Assembly (NCBI GenBank): GCA_046563655.1
Contig: CM102290.1
Location: 13,454,001 to 13,518,000, forward strand
Direction of reading: 5' to 3'
From: Yuukianura sp. NJ FZ-2021
Taxonomy: Eukaryota
Length of the DNA stretch: 64,000 nucleotides
Shown: positions 1 to 15,838 of the stretch, in pieces
Position numbering within the stretch: the stretch's first letter is position 1
Layout: every line of letters starts with the position of its first letter
Notes under the pieces: generated by a model
What the model was told of the DNA's origin: nothing
Databases searched by the model: none
What the model saw: the letters and a program-made list of their open reading frames with translations, nothing else
Position numbers and translations under genes: made by a program

Positions 1-1488
1 ATGGACATGGGAGTCACGAGGCCTGTTCTTTTGCTGGTCGATCCATTTAGGAAAAAAAAAACAGTGCATGGCAAATGGCATCCAAAACTTATCGGAGACG
101 AGAGTGGTAGTACCGTTCTTTTAGAAATACACATGGCAATTCATATCCTAGCCGCCGAAAGCTCAAACAGTAAGTACATAGATACAAATACTAAGCTTTT
201 AGTTTAGTATACCCACTCCACTCGTCATAACACCTCCTCCAGGAGATGATCCACAATAGTACTTAAGCTTAGTACTTGCATGAATAAACTTAACATTAGT
301 TTACTTTACCCCGTCGTTCAAGTTTTGGATGGCCCAATCTTCATTTCTTTGTAAAATGGTAAAAGTGCCCATATTTGTGTGTTTTAGGTCGCCAGTAGAC
401 TTTAAAAGCGAGACAAGAAGAGCCACGACCTTTGGACTTTTAGATGGCAAGCTATGGACATAGTCGTCACTAGGAAGATCTCTCCAACTTAACAACGTGG
501 ACATGATCTCAAATATTTAAATAATGCTGAGCATTAATTCTAATTTGCCTCTTCCTCGTCAGTTTGAATCTAATTCAGACAGATTTATACGTAAATCATG
601 AGAGGATGTACGCGTAGTGCGCAAGGCCACATTGGCATACCGGCTCAAGCAACCAAATCAGCGAAATATTTAAATGCATTAGGTATTAGGTAATCATAAT
701 GATAAATTAACCTCAATTGGTTTACTGACAGTAACAAAATTCACAATTCCCGCGCCAATAACACCAAGATGAAAATACCATGTGTCTGGTAGTATTGCCG
801 CAAGAGAAATGGCGGGAAAGAAATAGATTCTTCACATAAACGTGCGAAAATCTATGGGCAACGTAGCAAGAGCTTTGCATTTAAGTAAATGATGTCGCAA
901 TCCAGCATTATTGCGTAATGCAAATGTGGCATTGGGAGTGTAACTGTAAGTTATGCAGCGAAAAACTACCGTTATACTCCATAGCTACCACGTTAGTTTA
1001 ACTTTAAGTGGCGTATTAAATTCAACATCGTCACTCACTCATGGAAAACTTGAATTCTAAAATCCAAATGTGACACCCTCCAGAGATTCTGCGCTGATTA
1101 GAGCGAATAACGAATGGCAAGTAATACTGTACTAACTACTATTACTATTAACAGCTGAATTTAAAAGTGTCACGTTAAGTACAAAATAGTCCACAAATAC
1201 TCCACAATCATCAAGGTCATCATTCGAATTCATTGCAGGGTCAACCAAAAATTGCAAAATAATTCTATCCGGCCACTCCCACATCTTCTGCTACACTACT
1301 CAACTCCAAAACGTCATAGACCTTGGGACTTGAGACGACCTGACCTGCATGACCTGCTTGACCTGATCTGTTGCGTTCACATTTTTGTGAACTGTAAAAG
1401 ATTTATCAACGCATAACTTCTCCCGCCAAAACTTGTAAAACGAATTTTTAATTTATCTCTATAAGTCTAAAGCTTCTACTTCTACTCT

Positions 1489-3152
1489 CTAAGCCTGGTT
1501 CACACAAATGTGCTGCGTATAGACATTCCGGAAGTACTGCAGCACCTGATGCACAGCGTCTAAACCTAAACTACCACCGAGATACTGGGCATAAAGTACT
1601 TTAGGATTCCCTAACTCTTTCTCGTTAAAAGTAATCTGACAGTGTAGGGCAAAGGGGCCCTCTAATTCCCTGAAAGTAGCGGATGGAAATTCAATTGTAC
1701 TCACGGATGCGACGTCCGATGCTAACTGCGTCCTGCCTGGTTCCATGTCAACTTCTTCCTTTCGAGCCGCTGCTCTCCTCTTGCGGCGTTGCCCTGACCA
1801 GGTATTCGTTTCTCCAACGACTTCAATAACATAAGTGTCGTTCACTAGGAATTTGAATCCCAATCCACTAAGCAGTTTCTTGATGTTGAGGATAAAGTCT
1901 GCGGGAGCACAACTGCAGGATACTTGCCACTGTACTGGTCCATGTAACTTTTTGGGTGGTTCGGATGTAAGAAGAGGGGCAAACTGTGGGTCAAATGTCC
2001 AAGCCAGTCCCCATCTCATTGTTTTCCCTTGAACAAATGACGTTGTTGTGTAAGCGGAGGCATTGTTGGCTTTTAGGAAGTCTTCGAGAAACTTGAGATC
2101 TGACTTGATGCCGACCATTGTCGTGAAAATTCTAGAAACGAGGTATAAATGAGTACTTGGGGTAACATGATTCAATTTATGTCGTGTTTTACCCCACTGT
2201 GGACGAAAATTGTTTAGACTCCAGAATCATTGTACTCAGGAATTCAATTTCCCCTCCCGAAGCTACTAGTTCTGAAGAAGTTCCAGTTTTTGCTGCAGAC
2301 GGTGGTGGGCGATTCAAGTTTCGCGATTTGCCTAACGAGTCAGTTTCCTGCTCAGACGCAAAAAATGGCGGATTGCACATTGAAAAGTGAAACTTTCCCT
2401 GCAACTCGGAGAAGAATAGACCCGAAGACGTCTTGTGTGTAAGCTGAGCTATTTAGAAAAAGTAATTCACATATTCAATTACGAATTAGACACTACATCA
2501 CAAAGAAAAGGTAAGGAATAATGAAAGTACCTTGAACGAGTGAAGTCAATCCATTCCTCTGGATGTTCTTATTGGCAAAGTCTATAGATTCCTGGACGAT
2601 GTCTGTACCAACCATTGTCCAGTTATTTTTCCGAGCGCAAAGAAGCGCATAGATTGCAGAGCCTCCAGTACCTTACATGATAATTAACATTGTGATTAAA
2701 ACTCTCATTGAATTGTCTCATGCTTTTAAAACAATTATGTGTTTCAATAATCATAATGCTCAAGAGTTGAGTCCTTACCAATGTCAACTCCGCGCAATTG
2801 TTCAGTCTTAGATTTGAAGATGTCTTCGATCCAGAGGACATAATTGAGACGTTGTGGAATAACGGGTACTAAGGAGTCCAATGGAATAAGTACATCAAGT
2901 TGAAAATCTTCCTGCAGTAATGCCCTGGTAAGTGCGCGCAGAGCATCTTTGTTCTTAAAATCAATGTGTCCTTTACCCTTGACCTGAAAAATTTCATAAA
3001 TCACTTCTTAACTCCTAACTCATACAGCTTATTTTATATTGATAATTCATAAAACTACTTACAATTGTTACGAAAGGAGCGAGGAAAACATGGTTCTTAC
3101 TCAGCGCTGCAAAGTCCGGTTTCTTGTGCAAATACGGATTCCTCGGATGCAT
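1489..3152 (-). CDS. METTL16: U6 snRNA m6A methyltransferase METTL16 (multi-exon)
   Basis: Exons read MHPRNPY..KPDFAAL, IDFKNKDALRALT..LVPVIPQRLNYVLWIED, GVDIGTGGSAIY, FSMCNPPFF (catalytic NPPF), GGEIEF and QGKTMRWGLAWTF; GT-AG introns. Confidence 0.95.
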
Positions 3153-3775
3153 TTCGTAGGTAGGGATGTACTGGTTGTTAATAATTATTGTTCTCGTTGT
3201 ACATCGTCGAGCGACAAGTTAAAAGCACAACGTTTTGAGAGAAATTCAGAAGGTACGTACAAAGTTTATTGAAACGGACCGTACTGTACACCAGATACAA
3301 CGTGACCGTAAGGTCAATGAATCACGTAAACAGTCAAACGACCGTTCCCTCGCACTGTAAACAGTAACAGTAGTAATGTATAACTTTCAAAAGTAATTGA
3401 AAACGAATGAACTTCACAGAACACTCAATTAATTGACTCGACTCAATTAATTGCAAAACACAAACGCCAGGCATCCGCATCCCTCGCCTCAAGCACGATG
3501 ACAGACCAGAGACCAGAAGAGAGTGAGAAAATTTTTCCCGCGGTTTAAAATTTCCGTGTTATAATTGGCGCCTCCTTGTCTCATTGGATGAGGGCGAAAA
3601 CGACAGTCTCACGTTTCCCAAAAAACGAGCAGCGCTACAAAAAATGTTTAGGACAATAGTAAAATTACTATTGTACTAATAAATGCAACCACTCTGCTGA
3701 CGTTAGTTAAAACTAATTTCAAGTTTAATTGTTCAAAAATAACGATAAAAACTGTAAGTAAATGCACCGAATATT

Positions 3776-5332
3776 CTATGGTTGGTAGCTGTGAATCTTC
3801 TCAACCAACCACTTCACTGATTCTGGAGGCGCATCTGGATAAATTCCGTGACCAAGATTGCAGATGTAATTCGTCGTGCCAAAACGCTGCACCATTTCAT
3901 CCACAACAGCGTCCAATTTCTCCTAGTTTGTGAAATACAAATCAATTAAGCATTTCCAATTGTAGGAATATTACAATTGGCTAAAAAGTTCTTACATGTG
4001 GAGAATAAAGTGCACATGGATCCAGGTTTCCTTGAAGGACAACATTCGGCCCCACAAGTTCCCGAGCCACCTTGGGGTCAATTGTCCAGTCAATTGCGAC
4101 AACGTCGTACCCAATCTCTGCGATTTCCTTTAACGCATAATGGGCGCCTTTGGCAAATATAATCTGGACATACCACAATTGACATAGAATTAGGAAACAT
4201 TAGGACAAACTTAGTTTATCGATTAGTGGCACTCACCATTGGTACTGGTTGCAACCCGTGATCACTCAACGTAGCTCTAACACTATGTAGAATGCTTGCC
4301 AGCATCGGAAGTGCAAATTTTTTGAAAAGATCCGGCGAGAGACTTTCGGCATGAGACTCAAAAACTTGCAAAAGCTATAAAAAAAAACATAAATGCTTGT
4401 AAAATTGTTTCAGTACATATAGTAATACCCAGTATACAATCGATGCTTGTCAATACCTGAGCCCCACTGACGACTTGCTCTACCAGATAATTAACAACAA
4501 CGTGTGTTAATTGTTTTAAAAAAGTTAGAGACTCCTCTGGGAATCGATATAGCCAAGCCTTGGCTTTACTCAGTGTCCGACTTCCCCCACCTTCGATCAT
4601 GTAGCTCATCAGTGTCCACTGGAAATCCAACGAATTAATAAGTATAATACTTATTAGATTATATTAATAAGAATTATTAAGTGTATAATTTGAATAGTTA
4701 AGTAAAAATCCACAAAAAGCTTACAGGAGCCCCGGAGAATCCGATTAAGGCCACATTAGGTTTGGCTTCCGACAAAAGTTTTCTAGTTTCGGTTATAGCT
4801 GCAAGGGTTCCCTTCATAGCCTCCTTAACGTCAACGTTGAAGTTTAGTCTGGTGGTATCGGACGGTTCTGTTATAGGATGCGGTAGAACAGGGCCCTACA
4901 TTTCCGTAACTTGACTTTAGTAACCAGCGTAAATTCCAATTCTTTCTCATTTTATGGTAAGGACTCACTTACAATTCCCGGTTCCATGCGAACCTCCATT
5001 CCCACAGCTTGAGGCACCACAAGAATGTCTGAGAAAATGATGGCTGCATCTAAGTCAAACCGTCGAATAGGCATCATAGTCACCTCTGCAGCAAGCTCCG
5101 GTGTGTTTACGAGCGTAAAGAAATCGTATTTCTTCCTCAACTCCAGAAATTCTGTAGAAGGGAAAATCAGTGAACCATAGTCAGAATTAAAGTACTAAAT
5201 CGTACAATACGAACCTGGTAAGTATCTGCCTGCTTGTCGCATTACCCAAATAGGAATACGAGTTGATTTTTGGTGTTTGGCAACCTGCAGAATGGGGTAC
5301 TCCTTAGAACCTTCTTCCTGTGTCCCCGCCAT
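3776..5332 (-). CDS. UROD: Uroporphyrinogen decarboxylase (multi-exon)
   Basis: Signature [65 protein letters not shown]; stop at 3776-3778. Confidence 0.97.
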
Positions 5333-6159
5333 GTTCCCGCTGGACGTACTGGAATGTTAATGGAAAAATCGGAGGGAAACTCAAAAATCGAATCCAGGAA
5401 TCCAGCAGATATACCTGAAATACATGATTTTATAACTAATTCTTAATTAATTAAGTTAATTAAGCTAAATTTATTTAACTTACCATTAGCGGCGTAACAG
5501 CTGATTTGCAAGAGATTAATAGCGGAATAGCCCACTCAGATTTCGGTGGCTTTAAGGATTAACGACAGTCATTGTACCCGCCTGGTGTAGCCACTCGAAC
5601 TAAGTCATCATGTGTGGCTACAATAAGCAACTAACATCTAGTGGCAACATTTGTAGCCACTCGACCTAAAAATAATAACTTAAAGTGCCAACATGAGGTA
5701 GTCACGTTACATTAAAGTAGCCACCCATTGTAGCCTTTTGCAGGGCCGTGGCTGGCAAGACTGTGCGACACAATAACTGTCGGTACCCCTTGCCTCAACC
5801 CACATTTCAAAAAACCAATTCCGTTTTCCTCCTTGCCGATTTTTCGAATTTGAAACTTTGTTTGTAAGGCGGTTTATTCAAAATTGTCAATTTTGAACTA
5901 AAAACAACCACGCGGAAGTGAGAGGTCCTTTTTGTTCGGGTTTACACAGTGAAACGTTAACGTTTAGACGTTAGTCAATTAATCGATTTAGCTGGATCAA
6001 GAACGAAGGACGAAGGCAGACAGTCAACCAGTGTCGCGTGAGCATAACATCAAGGTATTACTACAACACAATTTGCTTTAATATTATTTACATAAATTCA
6101 GTTTCTCTGATTCTGTTCTAATTTGTTTTTAGAAAAGAGTTTTGACTTGTCCGGAAAAG

Positions 6160-6822
6160 ATGGACACATCAGACGACACCCAAGTTCAGCAAACTAAGCG
6201 ACGTGGAAAGAAACGACAAGTTTCTCATAGCTTTGGAGGTGACATGGATGTGGATACCCCAACTCGGAAGCAAGCACGCGTTGAAGTGCGTAAAGTTTCT
6301 GTTCCCAATCATCGCTACACTCCCCTCAAGGAAAACTGGATGAAAATCTACACACCCATTGTAGAAAATCTGGAGCTGGAAGTCAGGTTCAACTTACGAT
6401 CAAGGAACGTCGAAATCCGGGCAACAGACAAAACCAAGGATCCCGGGTATCTTCAAAAGGCTGAAGACTTTGTGCGAGCCTTCATCTGTGGATTTGAAGT
6501 TGACGATGCCTTGGCTCTAATTCGACTGGAAGATCTTTTCCTGGATTCATTTGTAGTTCAGGACGTAAAGCCTCTGAAAGGAGATCATCTTTCACGAGCC
6601 ATCGGTCGCTTAGCTGGTAAAGGAGGGAAGACCAAGTACACGATTGAGAACTCAACCAAGACGCGAATTGTCCTTGCCGATTCTAAAGTTCACATCTTAG
6701 GTGCGTATCAAAATATTCAATTGGCCAAACGAGCAATTTGTAACTTGATTCTTGGAGCTCCGCCATCCAAAGTTTATGGAACTCTGCGTTCCATGAGTGC
6801 CAGAATTTCTGATCGTTTTTAA
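6160..6822 (+). CDS. PNO1: RNA-binding protein PNO1/Dim2 (KH domains), single coding exon
   Basis: VPNHRYTPLKENWMKIYTPIVE, GFEVDDALALIRL, LSRAIGRLAGKGGKTKYTIEN, GAPPSKVYG; probable 5' UTR intron at 6055-6132. Confidence 0.97.
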   Translation: MDTSDDTQVQQTKRRGKKRQVSHSFGGDMDVDTPTRKQARVEVRKVSVPNHRYTPLKENWMKIYTPIVENLELEVRFNLRSRNVEIRATDKTKDPGYLQKAEDFVRAFICGFEVDDALALIRLEDLFLDSFVVQDVKPLKGDHLSRAIGRLAGKGGKTKYTIENSTKTRIVLADSKVHILGAYQNIQLAKRAICNLILGAPPSKVYGTLRSMSARISDRF

Positions 6823-7286
6823 ATTCATAAGTTTATGAGAGTCTTAGCTTTGTTTCGCATTGAAAAATCAATAAAAAGTGGAACGCTAAAGTTAAAAACT
6901 TCTGCATGCATGGTATACATGTACTAAAAACATATTTACAGAATTTATCCTAACCATACGAGAAACTAAATTGCATGACTTTTTCATTGTGTTTGTCCTC
7001 AAAAGCTACACTTCTGAAATTTTTTTTTAATCATTTCATGCCTTGGGCCGTCCCGTCGTCTATTCTTGGTGTTTTATTTTTACTTTTTTATTTCTACAAA
7101 GTAAAAAATGTAAATTGCATAGCTTTCGCCTCCCGCTTGCATTTACTTTTTACAGTGTTGGAGGAGAGTGCGCTCTGACAGGACGGTTTTCACCACTTAG
7201 CGTCAAGGGCCGAACTTTCTCCCTTATCTTTCTTCCTGTTGAATTTTTTTTTTGTATTTTTTGACTGTCACCAGCTGGATACTTAA

Positions 7287-8623
<1,337 letters not shown>

Positions 8624-8627
<4 letters not shown>

Positions 8628-11600
8628 TGACTGACTGTAATGTAATGACGCATTAGTTTCTCGTGGTTTGGATCCAGAGGAGCCAAGTTACAAGGTGGAA
8701 CGACACGAAACAGTTTCTTGCCTCCATCGGCAATCATAACCTGCAGTAGTCGTAAAAATCCATTTTAAACTTTTAACGAAATTTTTGTTATAAAATACGT
8801 TTTTTTAAGATGAAATCGAAATTGGCAAAGACTAATTCCACATTTCTTTCACGGAATTTTTTGAGCATCAAAATTACTCCTGTAGTTAAAGTGTTTGCCA
8901 ATTTCGAAAATCGTTGCATGTGTTTAAATAGTATCTGTCGAATAAAATTTACTTACCAAACATTCTTTGCCTTGATGCATAACCAAGTCAAAGTCGATGA
9001 CTCCCATGCACTTGCATTTTTTCATAGGTGTAAGATCACTTGCAATTAAGTCCCAAATGACTACTTGGTCCTTGAATGACACGTAAAAAACCGAGTTGCG
9101 CTGTTTGCTCCACAGGACTTTTGCAGGCACTTCGACACAAGCAATGGAAATTATGGCTTTTTGCTTCGACATTTCAAAAATCCGAACTGAGAAATCGTTG
9201 CAGGCAGCCTGAAATGAGTTAAAATTGATTACTATACCGATGAACTAGATAAAATTTGAAATTTCGCGGTTTTCTTACAATGATCAGATTAATTTTGACG
9301 TTGACGTTGATATGTTGAATTCGAATGAGAGAGTCTCTTGTATTGGCAAAGAACTTTTCACAGTGAGTTCCAAATGTTGAGCCAACAATTCGCCCTTTCC
9401 CGACATAGCCATTGTTAGTGGCAACGAGAAAGTACTTGTGGTTACCTTCCCAGACGTTCAAGCAAGTAGAGTTGAGGGAGTTCATTCTGAACAATTCCGG
9501 AAGATTTAAAACTTGACGCACACGGACACGCAGGTTAGACCAGGCCACACTGTTGACTGAAAAATCCTCTCGATCTACCACTGGAGAATGAATGACGCTC
9601 CAGCAAATGATTTTGTTGTTTTTCTCCATCGAAATGATCTAAGTAAACAAAATCGGAATGAAGATTTTTAATTTTTATAGGGTTAGAATTTCAGTTTCAG
9701 TTTTCTAAACTTACCTGCGCAGAAGAACTTGTTTCAGGAAGGACTTCTAGCCCGATGATTTCAGATTGATGATTCTCGCCATCCAAGCATCCTGTAACAA
9801 AAAAAAGTCAAATATTTTGAAACAACGTAATTTTGTCGTTTTTTTCAGAGAAAGAACTTCTGTTTTACCAGTGTGGAAACTTGGTGTCCGCACGTAGACT
9901 CCTTCAAAGTAGACATGTTTCTTCTCATCTTCTCGAAGATCCCAAATATTCAGTCCTCCGTTGTGTGAACCTGCCGCAATAATGTCCGCGGAGAAGGCCA
10001 ACTTGATGGCCGTGACCTGACCCCAAACGCGAAGAAAGAACTTGGGACAGAAAATATTTCTGGCTGCCCATACTGTAATGATGTTCTTCACTTCTGGTCC
10101 AGTACGGGTTCTGGAAAGTATTTGGGGTAATGTGAGAATATTTTGATTCAGTTTACAGAAAACATCAATGGACGTCAAATTGACGTCAAACGTCAAATGG
10201 ACGTCATATGAACTTACTCGTTCCCACTTCGATCGGTGAGTGGAACGTTGGCACAAGCGATATGGCTGCTGTCGCAACACAGTGTGTGCATGGCTAATTT
10301 GTTCAGGTAGGACAATCCCCGGTCAAATTCGGTAATGATCGACTTTTCCCGGATTTTCTTCTTTATGGATTTGTGCTTGCCCACAGTCTGGTTGTCTTCA
10401 GGTACTTCGATATTGATGTCGCTTTTGACGTCATCGACGTTGATGAGCGACAACAACAACTTGCTCGTGTTCCGTGCAAATGTGGCCAAATTCTGTTCTT
10501 GTTCTTCTGACAAGGAAGTGAAGGAAGGAATGCTTACGGCTTCTTTGACTTTGGGTTCTTCCGGGATTGTCTGGAGGTCACATCCACATCCATCGGAATC
10601 CTGATAAAAAGCAATTGTAAGAATGTTTCAATTGATTAGTATCAATCACTAATTGTAATTTCATTGCCTGACCTCATGGAGCAATCGCCGGTTAGCTTTT
10701 TTGGCAGAAGATTTGATTGGTTTTTGAGTCCATTTGCTATTGTTGATGTCGAGTTCCGTTTGACTTTCCTCGTTTTCCGTACTGTCAAACTCATCTGTTT
10801 GTGTGGAATCCTGAGATATGAAAGGTATTGTTACAACATGGCAGCATCAATACAGCATTAACTGTTTAATTTAACATCAAATTACCTCGATACTGCTAAG
10901 TAAAGCGTCAAAAGCTTTGTTTTTGTGCCACCCATCATGTACACTGGAACTAAAAGTAGTGGATGAGTCCGATGGAGAAAGAGTACAGTATGCCAGAATA
11001 GTGCTTGATCGAGCCCCGATTAGACTATCCTCGAACTGAAAGTTTATCAAAAATGTTACGCTATTCCAATTTTCAGTAACTTCTTTAGCACTAGAACTAA
11101 CGTTTAACAAAACTACTTTGACACTTACGGATTTTGATTTCTTTGGCCATCGTTTGTCTGGTTTAATTTGAAAATCATAGGATACCAGTGGCGTCCGGTG
11201 ACGGCGATCTATGGGTGTATGACAAGGACTTTCTATTTCCACTGTCTGCATAAGTTCTTGGAGCGATGCTGATGGGGTAATCCCGAGCGATGTCTCCATC
11301 CGGTAATATGTAAGCTGAGGCCTTCCATGACTTGATTTCAGGGGTCGCAAGGTTGATGATGATCTATTGCCAACCAAGATTTCGGAAACTTGTTTCCGGG
11401 CAGGCAGAGGCAGCCAGTCGTCGGTGATGTCTGGAAGGCTTTCTCCAGGAGCCGGTTTCCCAATTCGAAGTGTGGATGAGCGCCTGGTGGCCCTTGCTCC
11501 AGCCAAGATTTGGTCAATTGATTTCCGAGGTTTTATCAAGGACTCGTCGTGAGGACCTTCGATTTCGTCGGGTTCACGTTTTTCTGGCCGTACTTCGGTT

Positions 11601-11764
11601 CTTCCAGCCAGTAGTTCGTCGACAGACTTTTGAGCCGTGACGGGTCTACCTCCTGCGACGAACTTCGGAGGACCCTGCGGCGGAGGAATGGGTTCAGCAG
11701 GTTCTTTTGGCTGAGTCTTTCGAAAAGACTTGAACAATGACTGATACTGTGCGTTGTTGTCCAT
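8624..11764 (-). CDS. WDR60: Cytoplasmic dynein-2 intermediate chain WDR60 (multi-exon; start codon approximate)
   Basis: WD40 segment [47 protein letters not shown] and [16 protein letters not shown] resemble WDR60; long low-complexity N-terminus; X-box upstream. Confidence 0.8.
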
Positions 11765-11977
11765 TTCAACTGACAAATGACTGTGTTACTGTCTACTACT
11801 TCAAATTTAAACGATTAACCAGATACTGAGACATCCGACGACGTTTCCAATTTGGGATTTTAAACGGTGGTGTAAAAGACTGGTTGCAACTGGACTGCTG
11901 CTAAACAAGAAGTAGAAGTTATAAAATTTTGATTCAGAGATGTAAACAAAATAACATTAAATGAATCAAGAGATTGA

Positions 11978-11991
11978 GTTTCCATGGAAAC
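11978..11991. promoter_or_regulatory. RFX X-box
   Basis: Palindrome GTTTCCATGGAAAC about 215 bp upstream of the WDR60 ATG; forkhead-type TGTAAACA at 11941-11948. Confidence 0.75.
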
Positions 11992-12494
11992 AAAATTTTA
12001 CAACAATAACTTGTGCAGACGCTTCGCGAATCCATTTGTACGCTTGCTTGAATTATTCCAAAATCGGTTGGGATAAGGGGTAACGAAAGTTGTTGTAGCG
12101 GCACATTGTAGCTACTCCGCCATTTTTAGTGGTTCCACAGGGTGGCTACATTGAGCGGCAACGTATATTGCCACTATAGCTTAGGCTACGTTAAAGTGGC
12201 TATTTAAGATACTGGCCACGTGTATCCACCCACTGTAGCTACTAAAAATCCAGGTTTGGCTTATACTGCGAGGATACAATGACGCTCGTTATTCCTTATC
12301 GAGCGACTTTTAGTCAACAAAACTTAATCATATGTTTCGGTTTATCTTGGTAAACAGCAGATCTAATAATTTTAATTACCTCATTTTAACGTTAAAAATA
12401 ATTCAATAGTTAGTAGTTTTTAGTGTAATTGAAAACACCAATAATGATTAGAAATAGCACTAGATGTTCCAGTTCATCCACGGACGAAGCAAGG

Positions 12495-15400
12495 ATGTCG
12501 GTAGCCAGTAGCTGTGGAGCTGACGATGGTGACCCGTATGCCATCAATGGAATCCATTTCAATCGCGACATGTTCATCAGTAAAATTGTTCAGGTAACAT
12601 TGACATTTGACAATGCCAGAAAGCAAAGACGTCTCCTGTAGCTATTGATTTTGTGTATCTGTCAACAGGAATATCCACTGGACAAACTAATGCAAACAGA
12701 AAAGAAGTTGATACGGGAGATTGGTGACCTTGGATCTGATATGCAAACGTTAGTGTATGAAAACTACAATAAATTTATTCTAGCTACGGATACGATTAGG
12801 AAAATGAAGATGGATTTTAAAGAGATGGAGGATAAAATGAGCCTTCTTTCGGAGAATATTGCCAAAATCACTGAAAGTTCTACAAAGATAGCCGGTAATT
12901 TGAAGGTAAGTTTACTGCAATCAATTTTACAAACATAATGAAGTCGACGTACTAATACTAATTGCAATTAAATTATTTGTAATTCACAGGAGAACAGACA
13001 GAAGGTTAGCAAGTACTTCAGTATACATGAGTTACTGAAGAAACTCAAGTTTCTCTTTGAGCTTCCAAATACATTGAAACAGCATTCGGAAGAGAGTAAC
13101 TACGAAGAGGTATCAACAACTGAATGAAACTTTAGCTAATGTCATAATCATGTTATTTATATTGTTTAGGCTGTTAGGTGTTACCTGAATGGTCTGCAAT
13201 TCATGGACGAATTCAAACGATTTCCTAGCCTGGAAGCGATTAAGGTGGATTGTCAAGAAATTGTGGCTCGAATTCGGGCTGATTTGTACGAAGATTTTGA
13301 AGATGAGGATGTACGATTCAATTATAAGGCAGAGCAATACAATGCTAATTCAGTCTAAAATTATTCGTTATTTCTTCTGTTCCAACGTTTAGAAGTCGTC
13401 ACAAGATTTGACACGAAATGTTGCACTTCTGGTAAACTTGAAGGAAGACCCTGTACTACTAGCGGACCGATTTTTGAAAAATTCGTTGCCAAAGCTAGAT
13501 ACCAATTTAGAGTCCCTCCGGACAGCCAGCAATCCAAACGTATGTAAATTAACCTAGTTACACTAAATTCCGGCTCATAACGCTCGGGATATCCACAAAA
13601 TTTGAACTCAATATACTAAACGTTTATGGTTGCTGATTTTAGGTTCCCTTGGATGAATTTATGGAGCTCAGTTGCGGAATATTTTTGAGTAACCTAAGTT
13701 TTGTAGTAGCTTCCTTTTCTCAAGCATTTATACAAGCAACAGAGTAAGTACTGTAAAATAATCATTGGTAAACACATGATGAGGGCTGTAAGCCACTTCT
13801 GTCCCCTCAAATCTCAATTTGCCCCAGGTATTTATGACATGATGGTAAAAAATGTAATACATTGTGCATTTTTTTTGCCATCATTTCATAAATACCTGGG
13901 GCACCTGGAGATTTGCGGTGGCAGAAGTGGCTTACAGCCCTCATCAAACACATGACTTGAACAAATACATTTCAATGATCATTTCAGGCTATCCGAGGAA
14001 TCTAAGGAGGACTCTCAAAATACATTACAGAAGTTCGTACTGCAACTACTGGATGCCTTTTTAGACATCATGGAGTCAAGGTTGACAATAGAAGTAAAAA
14101 CTTTAGTGGACCAAGATCCGGAACTTAGAGTCTCCTTCTTGAAGACTCTGGATAGACTTTATCGTCGTCTTATGGCCATGGGAACTGTTATAGCAAACAC
14201 AGATTTCACATCGTAAGCAACTTAAAATCCTATTGGTTGATGTGCTGAATAAAATGATAATTGACAATTCTGTTACAGGTTAGGATTAACATTAATTGCA
14301 AAGATTACTCAACTGGATGCTGAATTGAGTCTGGAACGAGTGAAGACCTCTTATGAAAAATCAGTCAAAGAATCTGGATTTGAAATGAGATCACATCCTG
14401 GATCTAGTCCTGAAATCCTGGGATCCATTTTAGCAACGTTGAAAGAACGTATGAAATCTGGACTTGACAAGTTACGAGACTACACCCACTCTGACTACCA
14501 CTTTTCTCAAAACTCCGAATTTCGTCAACGAGTTGCCATTTCGATAGTACGAGAAGGCTATGTCATAGCCTTTTTCAAGTATCTTATAGACTTTGGCAAA
14601 CGTTTGCTTGACGACAAAAACTGCGACAAACTAACATGGCTACTTATAGCAAAGCTGTACTTGGAGATTGAGATGAGTACTGTTGCATATATGGTAAGCT
14701 TAGCCAATATTCTTTATTTTCATTATCAAGTGCAATTTACATTCTAGCGCGACACATTTTGTTTGTTTTAGGTAAACTCTGTCGAAGCTGAGTATGACAT
14801 AAAACGGGACAGAAGAAATAATCAATGGAATGTTACGAATGTTGCCGACATCACAGCAGCCTTCGGTGTAACCGCCAAGAAACTCGTGGAAGAGTTCGTA
14901 AGCTGCCAAGGGAATGAAATAGGAGAGGTGAGTTTTGAAAAAAAGAAGAAGAATTTTTGAGTAATTTGAGTAAAAAAACTAATGAAACTCTTTTTTTTTT
15001 GGCTCCAGTTAATGAGAGAAGGAGTTACGACCAAGAATTTAATATCTGTGACGACAGATCCTACTGGACCACAGCCTCAGATGAGAAAAATTGTTGACAT
15101 TTTGACAAAGTTAGAGAAATACGTCGAGTCAATATTTCCAGACACAGATCTCCTGGCTAGTCTGAAGAGCGAGAAATCATCGGATTCTTCAAAACGGTCG
15201 TACAGGTTAGTTTTTTTTTCAAAAAAAAATCGAACAATGATGATAACAATTTCTCGAAATGTTTGATTTTTAGCACACTTCCCAGTGGTGGTGTTAGCAG
15301 CAAAAGCGTTCCTATGCAAAGATCTGCTTGGTCCAACAATTATGACCCCAACATGTCATCCAACATTCAAAAGTTGTTTTCAGAAAAAGTGGAGATATTT

Positions 15401-15838
15401 GGAGAAGTAGGGTTCCAGAAAAGTGAAATTTTAATGTCAATTGTGAAGATTGGACTAAGGGTAATCAATTGTAATTGCAATTGTAATTGAAACCTAGAAT
15501 GTCATTCCTGATGCTAATTTTAGGCACTACTGGAAATTGTCCGGACGAAGACATTGGGGAGACAAGGATTGCACCAAATCCAAGTAGATATCCACTACCT
15601 TCAACTTTATTTATGGCGATTCGTTAATAACGAAAGGTATAAAATGGATGACTTGTAAAATACTTTCGCATTCCTCCGGAATTGACTCCCGGCTAAACTT
15701 TGTTTGTTTGTTGTTTTTTTTTTGTACAGCTTCCTGACGTTCCTGCTTGATGAAATTTTGTCAAGTTCGATTCAGCGATGTGTCGACCCTGTTCAGTTGG
15801 ACACGACTTTAGTAGAAATTCTGGCGGAGAAAAGCTAA
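12495..15838 (+). CDS. VPS51: GARP/EARP complex subunit VPS51 (multi-exon)
   Basis: [87 protein letters not shown]. Confidence 0.93.
13778..13945. mobile_element. MITE in a VPS51 intron
   Basis: TIR GATGAGGGCTGTAAGCCACTTCTG / CAGAAGTGGCTTACAGCCCTCATC; 8-bp direct repeat AAACACAT on both flanks. Confidence 0.85.

Noticed and set aside
301..504. First coding exon of a gene leaving the window on the - strand
   Set aside because: ATG and a possible donor are present, but no recognisable homology or convincing next exon.
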